Part shown: piece by piece, positions 1 through 9,840 of the stretch
Layout of the letters: each line of letters starts with the position of its first letter
Numbering within the stretch: the first letter of the stretch is position 1
DNA from: Alphaproteobacteria bacterium
GTDB lineage: Bacteria > Pseudomonadota > Alphaproteobacteria > VGEJ01
Direction: 5' to 3'
Length of the DNA stretch: 64,000 bases
Assembly: GCA_965226045.1 (NCBI GenBank)
Contig: CBDDBU010000020.1
Span: 17,039-81,038, forward strand
Notes under the pieces: model-generated
Told to the model about the DNA's origin: nothing
Seen by the model: the letters and a program-made list of their open reading frames with translations, nothing else
The model's database searches: none
Program-made: the position numbers and the translations under genes

Positions 1-369
1 GATACCTTCTTCGGCAAGCGCCATCACACGGCGATTCGGGAGTACCTGGAGATGCGTAAGGCGAGCGGTGCCGGACCAGCCAGGCCGCGGGAAATTTATG
101 AGGGCCTGTCTGCTGGAGGGGTTAAATTCGAATCAAGCGACAAACAGAAAGCTCTCGTCGCTCTTAGGGCGCTTTTGCGTCGCAGGACGGCCGTCTTCAT
201 CAAGGTTGGTGACACAGGTGCCTACGGATTGGTTTCGTGGTATCCCAACGCCAAACCCAAGAATTCCAAGTCTGTATCCGAAGAGCATTCGGACAATACG
301 CCTAGTCTGCAGAGCATTGGCGAAAAAGGGACAACGGCGGCAGAAGATGTCACTACTGCCGCCGCCTAG
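1..369 (+). CDS. 5'-partial winged-helix (HARE-HTH / RpoE-delta-like) protein, probable IS1595 passenger
   Basis: Frame 1 is open from base 1 (DTFFGKRHHTAIREYLEM...). FIKVGDTGAYGLVSWY resembles the F...G.WGL..WY signature of HARE-HTH/delta proteins, followed by an acidic/low-complexity tail. Confidence 0.55.
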   Translation, partial: DTFFGKRHHTAIREYLEMRKASGAGPARPREIYEGLSAGGVKFESSDKQKALVALRALLRRRTAVFIKVGDTGAYGLVSWYPNAKPKNSKSVSEEHSDNTPSLQSIGEKGTTAAEDVTTAAA

Positions 370-374
370 AATCT

Positions 375-551
375 TCGAGCGCTTCGCGTGGTCACCTACC
401 AAAGATTCACGCGAAGCGGAACACAACGAAAGGAGGGAGTGGTGGTTTGGAACCCGCCCGTTCTGTTAGACTGACGAAGCCCGCTCCCGGTGACGTCGCT
501 TGGCGACGGTGACGGGAGCGGCACCCCACAACAATACTCCCTGCGTCAGCC
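375..551 (-). ncRNA. candidate structured ncRNA (unassigned)
   Basis: Promoter at 557-585. Helices seen: 544-551/469-476, 481-489/513-521, 494-499/503-508 and an 11-bp stem 380-390/408-418. No convincing ORF. Confidence 0.4.
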
Positions 552-556
552 TTCAT

Positions 557-585
557 ATGATACAATCTCCCCGATTCCATGTCCA
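557..585 (-). promoter_or_regulatory. sigma70-like promoter TGGACA-17-TATCAT, overlapping a + strand extended -10 (TGaTACAAT, 558-566)
   Basis: Each box is 5/6 to consensus, with an exact 17-bp spacer. Confidence 0.55.
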
Positions 586-786
586 CAGAAAGGGCGTGAA
601 CGGTGAGAAATGCCCGTCTCACACTGGCTGCGGCCCGGAAGTCCGGGCGATTACAGGACTTCATTGCTCAGGAAGAGGCTCGTGGCATCAAGCCGGTGGA
701 CCAAGATGAGTTTGGTGCGGCTTTGGCTGCCGTGATCAAACTGCCCCAATCAGAAGATCGAAGCTTGCCTATCCGGTTATCACCCA

Positions 787-834
787 CACCCACTATATGT
801 AGTGTGCACCCATTATATGTAGTGTGCACCCATT
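787..834 (+). repeat. 2.4 x 20-bp tandem repeat CACCCA(C/T)TATATGTAGTGTG
   Basis: Units at 787-806 and 807-826, partial at 827-834. One inverted copy lies in the right IR. Confidence 0.9.
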
Positions 835-859
835 TTCCTGAGTAAAGCTCGGTGCAGGT

Positions 860-938
860 CGAAGCGGAGATATCTCCGGCGATGCCGAGTAGGGACTCGG
901 ACGGCATTGTAGCGGCTTTTAGGCGACACTTTAGCGTG
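860..938 (-). repeat. 79-bp dispersed repeat, inverted identical copy at 42337-42415
   Basis: Direct comparison. Internal hairpins CCGAGT/ACTCGG and CGGAGATATCTCCG. Confidence 0.9.
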
Positions 939-1058
939 GTGGAAATCCTAATCATTGAGTCGGATTTGGCAAAACGCCATGTTGCATAAAGGACCGTCAC
1001 TTCATTGAAATTTATCTGAAATCGGAGGTGAACGACACCGATGGAATATTCCAGGAAA

Positions 1059-1367
1059 TCAGAGCTTCATTGAATTGTAGGATTCGAGTGCCGAATTATT
1101 CACAAATAGCTCTGTGAACTGGTTTTCAAGTTCGCTCAATACGTCATATGGAGTAAACGGATTGAGGATCACGTTCTTGCGTGTCGCTTCGTCTTCGCTG
1201 CGACTCAAAACGCGCAGGAGACTAACAGGCGCGGACGGGTTCTTCGCAACGATTCGTGCCAGCGCGTCGCTTTCTTCGACTAGTGCCGTCAATCGCTCAG
1301 ACGATGTCGTTTCATCAGCAGCTTCCCGTCTGGCCGTGGGTTTCTTCGTTTTCCCCTTGGTCGCCAC
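1059..1367 (-). CDS. short leucine-rich-repeat-variant (LRV/HEAT-like) protein, cassette passenger
   Basis: Repeats ARIVAKNPSAPVSLLRVLS and TRKNVILNPFTPYDVLSEL; lower GC than flanks. Confidence 0.6.
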   Translation of the reverse strand: MATKGKTKKPTARREAADETTSSERLTALVEESDALARIVAKNPSAPVSLLRVLSRSEDEATRKNVILNPFTPYDVLSELENQFTELFVNNSALESYNSMKL

Positions 1368-2471
1368 CGTTCCGTCCCCCGATGTTAAGTACGTGACGTG
1401 AATTAAACTCCGGTTCGGTTTTCAGAACAATCAAGAATTAGCCGGATCGCCTCCTCAATGCGCCTGCGCCGGCCCTTGCCTGCAGTCCAAGGAGACACAC
1501 TACATATAGTGGGTGTGGGTGATAACCGGATAGGCAAGGATCGAACATCGCGTTCTCCTTCGCGCGATGGTTCTGCCGAAACGTGAACTCGTCTAGATAG
1601 CGGTCCATGTATTTCGCCGACACGTGAATGTGTGTTGAGGCGACGGAATACTTAAATAGACGCCAGAAGCTTTCGACATGGTTCGTGTGGTGCACCACGT
1701 CCATGCTGCCGTCATACCGTGCAAATTCCTTCACGCCGTGTCGAACCTGTCCATGCTTGTAGCCATCAGCGTTCAGTAAACCGTAGGACATGAGTTCGTC
1801 GGTCGAAACAATCGATCCCGGCTCCACAGTGCGCAGCGTCGCCTCGCGGAGTGTCTTTTTGCGGACGTTCGGGACGATCTCAGTTTCCATGCGACCGCCT
1901 CGTTGCTTCATGCCAAATACGATGGTCTTGCCCGGTGCGCCGCGTCCGCGCTTGCCACCGGACCTTTTGCCTCCGACATAGGCCTCGTCCAGTTCGACGT
2001 GTCCTTGCAGGATTTCGAAGCCATCGGCTTTGGACATGAGCGTGCGGATTTGTTGGCCCATGCGCCACGCGGTTTTGTAGGTCACCCCGAGCGTGCGTTG
2101 CAGTTCCTTGCCGCTAACACCGTGGCGCGTCGTGACGAATAGAAAGACGGCATAGAACCAAAGCTGCATCGACGTGCGGCTATCCTCGAAGATCGTGCCG
2201 GCGCAGGGATAGACGTGATGACCGCAGCGCGCGCATGAATAGGCCTTGCGGTTGACAAGACGATGGAAAGTCGCATCTTGTCCGCACTTGGCGCACACAT
2301 GACGCAGCCCGTAGCGGACGTTCATGACGTGTGCTATGCACGAAGCGTCATCCGGGAACCGGTTGAAGAAGTCGCGCACCGAGAACTCGGGGGATCGACT
2401 TGGGTTACGTTCTGCTATTGCGCGGGGCTTGCGGGTGCGAATAGCCATCGGTCATCTCCTTCTATGACCTT

Positions 2472-2512
2472 AATATAGGCGATCATCGTACCTGCGTCAA
2501 GGGGATAAACCC
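2472..2512 (-). mobile_element. IS1595 left end with embedded promoter TTGACG-17-TATATT
   Basis: GGGTTTATCCCCTTGACG begins at 2512, at the junction with a truncated GGDEF gene. The right end was not found in the window. Confidence 0.7.
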
Positions 2513-2513
2513 G

Positions 2514-2939
2514 TTGATGTATGTGGACATCGACAATTTCAAACTCGTAAATGACGTGCGTGGACACCAAGCTGGCGACGAGGCCCTCAGAACGCTGGCG
2601 GACATCCTCTCTCAGGGGAGCCCCGCCGGCGACCTGGTAGCGCGTCTTGGCGGCGACGAATTCGCGATCTGGCTTGAGGAGGCGGATGAGCCGGCGGCCC
2701 GCGCCAAGGTCGGAGGTCTGCTCAGCGCTTGTGAGAGCCTGAAACAATTTTCGGGCGCCACGGAAAGGCCGCTCGGAATCTCGATTGGCATCGCCCTCAG
2801 CGCCCCTCAGGACGACAGCCCCCTGGCGCAACTGATCGGCGCTGCGGACGCGGCCATGTATGAGGCAAGCGCGGCGGCAAAGGCTCCTATGCAATACGAG
2901 GCGCCAACGAGCCGGGCGCCGCCACGGCCAGGGACATAA
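2514..2939 (+). pseudogene. diguanylate cyclase C-terminal fragment (GGDEF), 5'-truncated by IS1595
   Basis: YVDIDNFKLVNDVRGHQAGD and RLGGDEF motifs; starts mid-domain at the IS end. Confidence 0.85.
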
Positions 2940-2952
2940 ACGGGAGGGCGAG

Positions 2953-4074
2953 CTAGTGTCCCGATTCCGAAGTTCGCATGATTTTCGCCTGCTGTTCAGC
3001 GGTTTCGATTGTTCGGAGGCAGAACCGCTGGATGGCGGCGAGGATGTCATCGGCGGATTTGGTCCATTTGAAGGGTTTGGGGTTCTGGTTTGTCGTGTCG
3101 ATGTAGTCGAGGATGGTGCGCTCCAACTCCTTGGTGGAGCGATGGACGCCGCGCCTGATCTGCTTGTCGGTCAGCAGCCCGAACCAGCGCTCGACCTGGT
3201 TCAGCCAGGAGGCGCTGGTGGGTGTGAAATGGGCCTGCCAGCGCGGCCGTTTGGCGAACCAGTCGCGGATCGCCTTGGTCTTGTGGGTCCCGTAGTTGTC
3301 CATGACGATGTGGATGTCGAGATCACCAGGGACGTTCGCCTCGACGAGGTCGAGGAATTTGCGGAACTCTCGGGCCCGATGGCGCGGGAAACATTTGCCG
3401 ATGATCTCTCCCGTGGCGATGTCGAGGGCCGCGAAGAGAGAGGTCGTGCCGTGGCGCTTGTAGTCGTGGCTGCGCCGCTCCGCCTGCCCGGGGCGCATCG
3501 GCAAGAGGGGCTGGGAACGGTCCAGGGCCTGGATCTGGCTCTTTTCGTCGACACAGAGAACCAGGGCACGATCCGGCGGCGCCAAATACAGACCGACGAT
3601 GTCGCGGACCTTCTCCACGAAGAAGGGATTGCTCGACAGCTTGAAGGTCTCCGAGCGATGCGGCTGCAAGCCGAAGGCCCGCCAGATGCGATGAATGGTC
3701 GAGGGCGCGTGGCCGCTCGCCCGCGCCATCGAGCGAAGGCTCCAATGGGTCGCGTCCGGCGGCGTCTCTTCCAGCGTCAGCCGGACCGCTTCCGCGATGG
3801 CGTCATCGCCGATTTGACGCGGCGCGCCGGGGCGGGGTTCGTCGTACAGACCGTCGAGGCCCTCCGCCGCATAGCGGCGACGCCACTTGCCCACGGTGTC
3901 CGCGCTCGCCTCGAGACGAACGGCGATCTCCTTGTTCTCCAACCCTTCCGCCGCCGCCAAGACGATCCGAGCCCGCCGCGCAAGCCCCTGCGACGTCTTG
4001 CGACGACGAGACAGCGCCTCCAATTCGGCGCGCTCGTCATCGCTCAAAGAGATCGTCACCGCCACTCTCGCCAT
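2953..4074 (-). CDS. IS630 transposase
   Basis: N-terminal HTHs; DDE motifs [20 protein letters not shown]. Confidence 0.95.
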   Translation of the reverse strand: MARVAVTISLSDDERAELEALSRRRKTSQGLARRARIVLAAAEGLENKEIAVRLEASADTVGKWRRRYAAEGLDGLYDEPRPGAPRQIGDDAIAEAVRLTLEETPPDATHWSLRSMARASGHAPSTIHRIWRAFGLQPHRSETFKLSSNPFFVEKVRDIVGLYLAPPDRALVLCVDEKSQIQALDRSQPLLPMRPGQAERRSHDYKRHGTTSLFAALDIATGEIIGKCFPRHRAREFRKFLDLVEANVPGDLDIHIVMDNYGTHKTKAIRDWFAKRPRWQAHFTPTSASWLNQVERWFGLLTDKQIRRGVHRSTKELERTILDYIDTTNQNPKPFKWTKSADDILAAIQRFCLRTIETAEQQAKIMRTSESGH

Positions 4075-4134
4075 CAATCGCGCCTCCTAAAAACAAATAG
4101 AGACATAATCATATCCATTTATCGATCAGGACAC
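2956..4134 (-). mobile_element. IS630-family insertion sequence
   Basis: Ends GTGTCC...GGACAC; duplicated TA within CTAG (2954-2955 and 4135-4136). Confidence 0.92.
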
Positions 4135-4137
4135 TAG

Positions 4138-5390
4138 ATGGTTCGGCGCTTGCTCGGCTTGTCGAAGAAACGCAAGACCAAGCGGCCGCCCATCGAATAC
4201 GAGGAGGCCAAGCGGGTCGCGCGCGCCGACGACACCGCCGCCCGTCGCGATCTCGCCAGCCGTGAGGATATCCAGCCCGAGATTCTCTACTATCTCGTCG
4301 ACGACGAATCGGCGGAGGTTCGTCATGAGATAGCGGCCAACACAGCAACGCCCCGCCAAGCCGACATCACTCTGACCAGCGACGTCGACGACGACGTGCG
4401 TTGCAATCTGGCGCTTAAAATCGCGCGGATCGCGCCCAAAATGAAGCGCGATGAGCAGACCAAGTTGCGCGAACTCACCCTCCAGGCGCTCGACACTCTG
4501 GCCCAGCATCAGCTCCCTCGGGTGCCCCAGATCCTGGCCGAGGAGCTCAAGGAAGCCACCAACGTGCCGGTCAAAATCATCGAACGCCTGGCCAAGGATA
4601 TCGAGCTGATCGTCGCGGCGCCGGTGCTTGAATACTCCCCGCTGCTCAGTGACGACTTTCTGATCGAGCTCATCAACAGCCGACCGGCTCAGGGCGCGCT
4701 TCCGGTGATCTCGCGCCGCGCCCGGGTGGCGCCCCCCTCCGGCGACGCTATCGTCGCGGCCAACGACGTGCCGGCCGTGGCCGCGCTTCTCGCCAACCGC
4801 AACGCACAGATTCGCGAGGAAACGCTCGACGATATCATCGAGCGGGCCGAAGGCGTCGGGCCGTGGCACGAGCCCATCGTCAACCGGCCCAGCCTGAGCC
4901 AACGGGCGATCCGGCGGGTGGCCAGGTTCGTGGCATCGTCGCTCCTCAACATTCTCCAAGAACGGAGCGACCTCGACCAGAAGACCGCGCGCAAACTGAA
5001 AAAAGCAGTCGAGCAACGACTTGAGAAGGAGAGCAAGGTCGATGTCGACGCGCTATCGGCAAGCCGGGCCGAGCGAATGTTCAACGACGGCAAGCTCGAT
5101 GACGAGGTCATCGTGCGGGAGATCGAGCACAAGAACCTCGAGTTCGTCACTCAGGCGCTCTCCCTCATGGCCAAACTTAAGGAGCCGCTGGTGCGCCGGA
5201 TCATCGACTCCAGGAACGGCAAGTCGGTGACCTCGCTGGCATGGTCAGCCGGGCTCAAGATGAAAACGGCGACCGTGTTACAGCGCAGGGTCCCAAGGTT
5301 CCCCGCCACTCGCTCGTGAGCCCCCAGGGCACCGACTATCCCCTCTCGGAGGATGAGATGGCGTGGCAGATCGAGTTCTTCGAGACCTGA
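4138..5390 (+). pseudogene. DUF2336-domain protein, frameshifted near 5292
   Basis: VAAPVLEYSPLLSDDFLIE motif. The C-terminus DYPLSEDEMAWQIEFFET* lies in another frame. The RBS is cut off by IS630. Confidence 0.75.
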
Positions 5391-5399
5391 GCCGCCCCG

Positions 5400-6290
5400 T
5401 CAGTCGCGCGTCAGCATGGTGCCGACGCCCTGCTCGGTGAAGATCTCGAGTAGCATGACGTGGGGGACGCGGCCGTCGAGAATGTGCGCCGCGCCGACGC
5501 CGTGGGCGACCGCGTCCAGGCATGTCTCGACCTTGGGAATCATGCCCCCTTCGATAGTGCCACTGGCGATGAGGCGGCGCGCCTCGGCGGCCGAAAGCGC
5601 CGCGATCAGTTTGCCCTCGGTGTTCAGGACGCCTGAAACGTCGGTGAGCATCAGCAGCTTGCGCGCATTGACCGCCGCGGCCACGGCGCCGGCCGCCGCA
5701 TCGGCGTTGATGTTGTAGGTCTCTCCATCAACGCCGATGCCAATCGGCGCGATCACCGGAATCACCGCAAGGCGAGCCAAGGAGTCGAGCAGTTCGGCGT
5801 TGACCTTAACCGGCTCGCCGACGAAGCCGAGATCCTGCCGCGCGCCGGCGCCCCGGTGCTCAAGCTTGCGCGCCTCGATCAGGCGGCCGTCCTTGCCCGA
5901 TATACCGATCGCCTTGCCCCCCGCAGCGCCGATGGTGGTGACGATCTGTTTGTTGATGGTGCCCGAGAGCACCATTTCCACGACCTCGACCGTGGCCCGG
6001 TCGGTGACGCGCAGGCCATCGACGAAGGTGCTCTCGATGCGCAAGCGCTTGAGCATGGCGCCGATCTGCGGCCCGCCGCCGTGGACGACGATCGGGTTGA
6101 TGCCGACCTGCTTGATGAGAACCACGTCGCGCGCGAAATTGAGGCTGAGATCGGCGTCGCCCATGGCGTGCCCGCCATACTTGATGACGAACGTCTCGCC
6201 AGCGAACTGCCGCATGTAAGGCAGCGCCTCGGACAGCGTCGCGCCGGTCCGCAAGTAGCGCCGAAGATTCGCCTTGTTGGAGGTTTCCAT
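5400..6290 (-). CDS. argB: acetylglutamate kinase
   Basis: [35 protein letters not shown]. Confidence 0.96.
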   Translation of the reverse strand: METSNKANLRRYLRTGATLSEALPYMRQFAGETFVIKYGGHAMGDADLSLNFARDVVLIKQVGINPIVVHGGGPQIGAMLKRLRIESTFVDGLRVTDRATVEVVEMVLSGTINKQIVTTIGAAGGKAIGISGKDGRLIEARKLEHRGAGARQDLGFVGEPVKVNAELLDSLARLAVIPVIAPIGIGVDGETYNINADAAAGAVAAAVNARKLLMLTDVSGVLNTEGKLIAALSAAEARRLIASGTIEGGMIPKVETCLDAVAHGVGAAHILDGRVPHVMLLEIFTEQGVGTMLTRD

Positions 6291-6346
6291 GGGCTGCGTC
6301 CCCGGCCCAAAGATGACTGGTGGGCGGGCCGAGGGGTTATAGAAGA

Positions 6347-6997
6347 TCAGCGCGGCAGCGCCAAGCTCGCAAGCTCGGCGCGCAGTACGGGCATGCCCGT
6401 CCCCGCCCTTGCGCTGGTGGCGATGATCTCCGGGTGGGCGGCCGCGTCGCACGCGATTTCAGCGCTGACCGCCGTTCCCAGCGCGGCAAGGTCCGCGCCC
6501 GGCACCGCATCCGCCTTGGTCAGCACGATCTGGTAGGCGACGGCCGCCCGCCCGAGCCGGGCCATGGCGGCTCGGTCCGGCGCTAGGATGCCGCGCCGTG
6601 CATCGATCAGGAGACAAACGCGGCGCAGGTGCGGGCGCCCTTCGAGATAGTGGTTCACCAGGCCGGTCCACGCCGCGATGTCAGTCTTCGAGGCGCGTGC
6701 GAAACCGTAGCCGGGAAGATCGACGAGCAAGAGCCGTTCGCCGAACGCAAAGAAGTTGATCTGACGGGTGCGCCCCGGCGTTCGCGAGGTGCGGGCAAGC
6801 GTATTACGCCCCGTCAGAGCGTTGACCAGACTCGACTTGCCGACGTTTGAGCGGCCCGCGAAGGCGACCTCGGGCGGTCCCAGCACCGGCAGGCCCCCGG
6901 TCGCGCCCGCGGCCGTGACGAACGCGCATTCTTCCGCGAACAGCAGCCGACCCCGTTCGAGGTCCTCAGGCGTCGGCCCGGCCGAGCCCGTGGTCAC
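6347..6997 (-). CDS. engB: ribosome biogenesis GTPase YihA/YsxC
   Basis: [19 protein letters not shown]. The GTG start overlaps the yidC stop. Confidence 0.95.
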   Translation of the reverse strand: MTTGSAGPTPEDLERGRLLFAEECAFVTAAGATGGLPVLGPPEVAFAGRSNVGKSSLVNALTGRNTLARTSRTPGRTRQINFFAFGERLLLVDLPGYGFARASKTDIAAWTGLVNHYLEGRPHLRRVCLLIDARRGILAPDRAAMARLGRAAVAYQIVLTKADAVPGADLAALGTAVSAEIACDAAAHPEIIATSARAGTGMPVLRAELASLALPR

Positions 6998-8802
6998 GAC
7001 GACGCCGGCCGCGTCACCCCCATGCGCTTCATGATGACCCATTGCTGGAGGATGGAGAGCGTGTTGTTCCAGGTCCAGTAAATGACGAGCCCGGCGGGAA
7101 AAGCGGCCAGCAGGAAGGTGAAGAAGATCGGCATGAACAGAAATATCTTGGCCTGAATCGGGTCCTGGGGCTGCGGGTTCAGCCGCATCTGCAGCCACAT
7201 GCTGAAGCCCATGAGGATGGGCCAGATGCCGATGTGTAGGAGATCGGGATAGTCAAAGGGGATGATGCCGAAGGGATTGAGAAGGTTGCTCGGGTCGCGC
7301 GACGACAGATCCTGGATCCAGGCGAAGAATGGCGCATGGCGCATTTCAATGGTGACGAACAGCACCTCGTAGAGCGAGAAGAAGACCGGAATCTGGATGA
7401 GCATCGGCAGGCAACCCATCATCGGGTTCACCTTCTCTGTCTTGTAGAGCTCCATCATCGCCTTTTGCATGCCGGCGCGATCGCCGGCGAACCGCTCCTT
7501 CATCTTGACGATTTCCGGCTGCAGCTTCTTCATCGCCGCCATCGAGCGGTATGCCTTGTTGGCGAGCGGGAAGAACAGAGTCTTGACGCAGACCGTCAGC
7601 AACAAGATGGCAATGCCGAAGTTGCCGATCACCTCGTAGAAGAACATCAGGACATGGAACAGCGGCATGGCCAGGAAGTAGAGCCAGCGGAAAGCCGCCG
7701 CGAGGTCGAAGCGGATGATTCCGAGCTGCTGCTCGTAGACATCGAGAGTCGCCGCGACCTTGGCGCCGGCGAACAAATAGTCGGTCAGTTCGGCGCTCGC
7801 GCCTGGCGCGATTTCCTGGGGACCGCGTAAATAGTCGACCTGATACTTGTCGACATCACCGCTCTGCCAGTGGGTAAAGGCGCCCTCAAACTGTTGCTTC
7901 TGATCGGGAATGAGCGTGACCAGCCAGTACTTGTCGGTGATGCCGAGCCAGCCGCCCGTCGACAACGCCTTGATCCGCCCGCCGGGCTCGTCATGGAGAT
8001 CGGTGTAATCGTGTTCCGCGAGGGTGCCGTCGAAAACACCGAGCAGGCCCTCGTGCAGGATGTAAAAGCCGGAGATCCATGGCGTGCCGATACGCGCGAT
8101 GACGCCGAAGGGCGAGACCGCGACCGCCTCGGTGCCGTGGTTCTCGACGCGGCGGCGGACGGTGAACATGAAGGTATCGTCGACCGCTATTTCCTGAAAG
8201 AAGCGCAGACCCTGGCCGTTGTCCCAACTCAGCGTCACGGGCCGACCGGGGGCGAGTTCGCGCACATCGGCGGTCCAGACGGTTTTCTCGTCCGGCACCG
8301 CGACGCCCTCGGCGGCGCTCCAACCGAACCACGCGTAGTACGGGCCGGTGTTCACGACCTCGCTCCGGGGCATGAACATCGAGGTCGACCGATCGGCGGT
8401 CGAAACCGCCGTGTCCTTGGGCGAAAGAAGGACAATTTGGGGAGAGTCGGGTGCGACCGTCTCGCGATAGGTGGTCAGCGTCAGATCGTCGATCCGCGCG
8501 CCGGTGAGCGAGATCGATCCCTTGAGGTGAGAGGTCTCAAAATACACCCGCGGGCCGGCCGCGATGACGTCCTTGCGGCTGGCGCCGGCAGCGGCTGTCG
8601 TCGGCGTCGCACTATCGCCCGGTCGCGGCGCCGCGCCCTCTGCGCCCGGCGCGCGCGATATCTCCTCGCGCACGACGGTCTCGGTCTGGCTTGCCGGCGG
8701 TCGCAGGGAGGGCGGGTTGAGATAGCTGTAAACGAACTCAAACCCGACGACGATGACGACCGAAATGACGATCGCCAGAATGAGGTTTCGTTGATCGGTC
8801 AT
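6994..8802 (-). CDS. yidC: membrane protein insertase YidC
   Basis: [33 protein letters not shown]; synteny. Confidence 0.96.
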   Translation of the reverse strand: MTDQRNLILAIVISVVIVVGFEFVYSYLNPPSLRPPASQTETVVREEISRAPGAEGAAPRPGDSATPTTAAAGASRKDVIAAGPRVYFETSHLKGSISLTGARIDDLTLTTYRETVAPDSPQIVLLSPKDTAVSTADRSTSMFMPRSEVVNTGPYYAWFGWSAAEGVAVPDEKTVWTADVRELAPGRPVTLSWDNGQGLRFFQEIAVDDTFMFTVRRRVENHGTEAVAVSPFGVIARIGTPWISGFYILHEGLLGVFDGTLAEHDYTDLHDEPGGRIKALSTGGWLGITDKYWLVTLIPDQKQQFEGAFTHWQSGDVDKYQVDYLRGPQEIAPGASAELTDYLFAGAKVAATLDVYEQQLGIIRFDLAAAFRWLYFLAMPLFHVLMFFYEVIGNFGIAILLLTVCVKTLFFPLANKAYRSMAAMKKLQPEIVKMKERFAGDRAGMQKAMMELYKTEKVNPMMGCLPMLIQIPVFFSLYEVLFVTIEMRHAPFFAWIQDLSSRDPSNLLNPFGIIPFDYPDLLHIGIWPILMGFSMWLQMRLNPQPQDPIQAKIFLFMPIFFTFLLAAFPAGLVIYWTWNNTLSILQQWVIMKRMGVTRPASS

Positions 8803-9053
8803 CGCCGCGCCTCGGAGCCGCTCGCGCGACCCCTCGAGGGCACCGGATCGAACCCCGATCCTCCCCACGGATGGCAGCGCGCGATCCGCCGCAGACCCAG
8901 CCAACCGCCGCGCACGACGCCGTGGGCGAGCACCGCTTCGGCCGCGTACTCCGAGCAGGTGGGCAGGTAACGACAACGCGGCCCCAGCAGCGGCGAGATC
9001 ACCAGTTGGTAGCCGCGAATCAAGAGCCGGACGATGGCGACCAGCGGATTCAT
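8799..9053 (-). CDS. yidD: membrane protein insertion efficiency factor
   Basis: [10 protein letters not shown] and [14 protein letters not shown]. Confidence 0.95.
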   Translation of the reverse strand: MNPLVAIVRLLIRGYQLVISPLLGPRCRYLPTCSEYAAEAVLAHGVVRGGWLGLRRIARCHPWGGSGFDPVPSRGRASGSEARR

Positions 9054-9463
9054 TTCCCGGCCGCCCGCCCCGCCGTGGCGGCAACCGCCGCGAGGGCCTC
9101 ATCGCCTTCGCGCCAAGCGCCCAGCCGCCGCAACGCCGCCTCAAGATCAGTCACGAGTGCCCCATACGGTCGCTTGAGGGTCGCCGCCCTGCCGATAATC
9201 ACATAGTCATGACCAAGGGCGGCGTGAAGGGGCAAGGTGGCGGCCGCCACCGCCCGCAGCCGTCGGCGCGCCCGGTTACGTGCGATCGCGTTTCCGACCT
9301 TGCGCGATGCGGTGAAGCCCACTCGCGGCGCCGCGTCGGGTCCTTCTGGCGTCGCCCGCGACATGGTCTGAAGGACCAAGCCCCGGGTCGTCCATTTGCG
9401 CCGGGCCGAGGCCACTCGCAGGAACTCCGATCGCTGCCGCAGACGCCCAACCCGCGCCGGCAT
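9050..9463 (-). CDS. rnpA: ribonuclease P protein component
   Basis: [24 protein letters not shown]. Confidence 0.95.
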   Translation of the reverse strand: MPARVGRLRQRSEFLRVASARRKWTTRGLVLQTMSRATPEGPDAAPRVGFTASRKVGNAIARNRARRRLRAVAAATLPLHAALGHDYVIIGRAATLKRPYGALVTDLEAALRRLGAWREGDEALAAVAATAGRAAGK

Positions 9464-9468
9464 CGCGC

Positions 9469-9603
9469 TTAGGTGGAAAGACGCTTGCGCCCTCTGGCGC
9501 GACGGCGCGCGAGAATGCGTCGGCCGGCTGGGGTCGCCATGCGGGCGCGAAAGCCGTGACGGCGCTTGCGCACCAGCACGCTGGGCTGAAAGGTCCGTTT
9601 CAT
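9469..9603 (-). CDS. rpmH: 50S ribosomal protein L34
   Basis: [22 protein letters not shown]. Confidence 0.97.
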   Translation of the reverse strand: MKRTFQPSVLVRKRRHGFRARMATPAGRRILARRRARGRKRLST

Positions 9604-9840
9604 CGAAGATCTCTGCCGATTCGCCCGCGCTTCCATGATTGGCGGCGGCGGCCGCTGTATACGGGCTAGGTTTGTTGGTGTCAAACCGCGTCGCCGACGC
9701 GGCCACGCGCATCCATCGCCAGGCGCAACTCGTCAAGACGACCATAGTTACCCATATTGCGGGGCCAGGGACCATGGTGCCCGTGCGGGAGCCCAAACCG
9801 CTTGAGCGAGAGGGGCCACCGAGTGAGTGAGAAATGGATG

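Larger units (their letters stand above)
764..1538. mobile_element. non-autonomous IS1595-family (ISSod11-like ends) cassette/MITE, 775 bp
   Basis: Perfect 43-bp terminal inverted repeats at 764-806 and 1496-1538 (CTTGCCTATCCGGTTATC...). Target duplication GATCGAAG/GATCGAAC (7/8). No transposase inside. Confidence 0.85.
603..1586 (+). pseudogene. small IS1595-associated protein, split by the 764-1538 insertion
   Basis: Joining 603-762 to 1546-1586 restores MRNARLTLAAARKSGRLQDFIAQEEARG...PQSEDRTSRSPSRDGSAET*, which overlaps the transposase 3' end convergently. Confidence 0.6.
736..2448 (-). pseudogene. IS1595-family (ISXO2-like) transposase, C-terminus displaced by the nested cassette
   Basis: Zn ribbon CAKC/CARC; motifs VELDEAYVGG, VSTDE, HTNHVESFW. 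The native end (F)DLLIGAV* lies at 736-762. The current ORF (1438-2448) runs into the cassette. Confidence 0.9.

Noticed and set aside
469-530. Hammerhead ribozyme (CTGACGA core)
   Set aside because: No GAAA after the following stem and no stem III or cleavage triplet could be built.
787-834. CRISPR-like array
   Set aside because: Contiguous 20-bp repeats with no spacers, part of an IS-type end, and no cas genes.
860-938. Integron attC site
   Set aside because: No RYYYAAC/GTTRRRY boundaries, no end-to-end hairpin, and no integron integrase or cassette array.
9604-9840. oriC/dnaA region next to rpmH
   Set aside because: No dnaA gene, DnaA boxes or AT-rich unwinding element.
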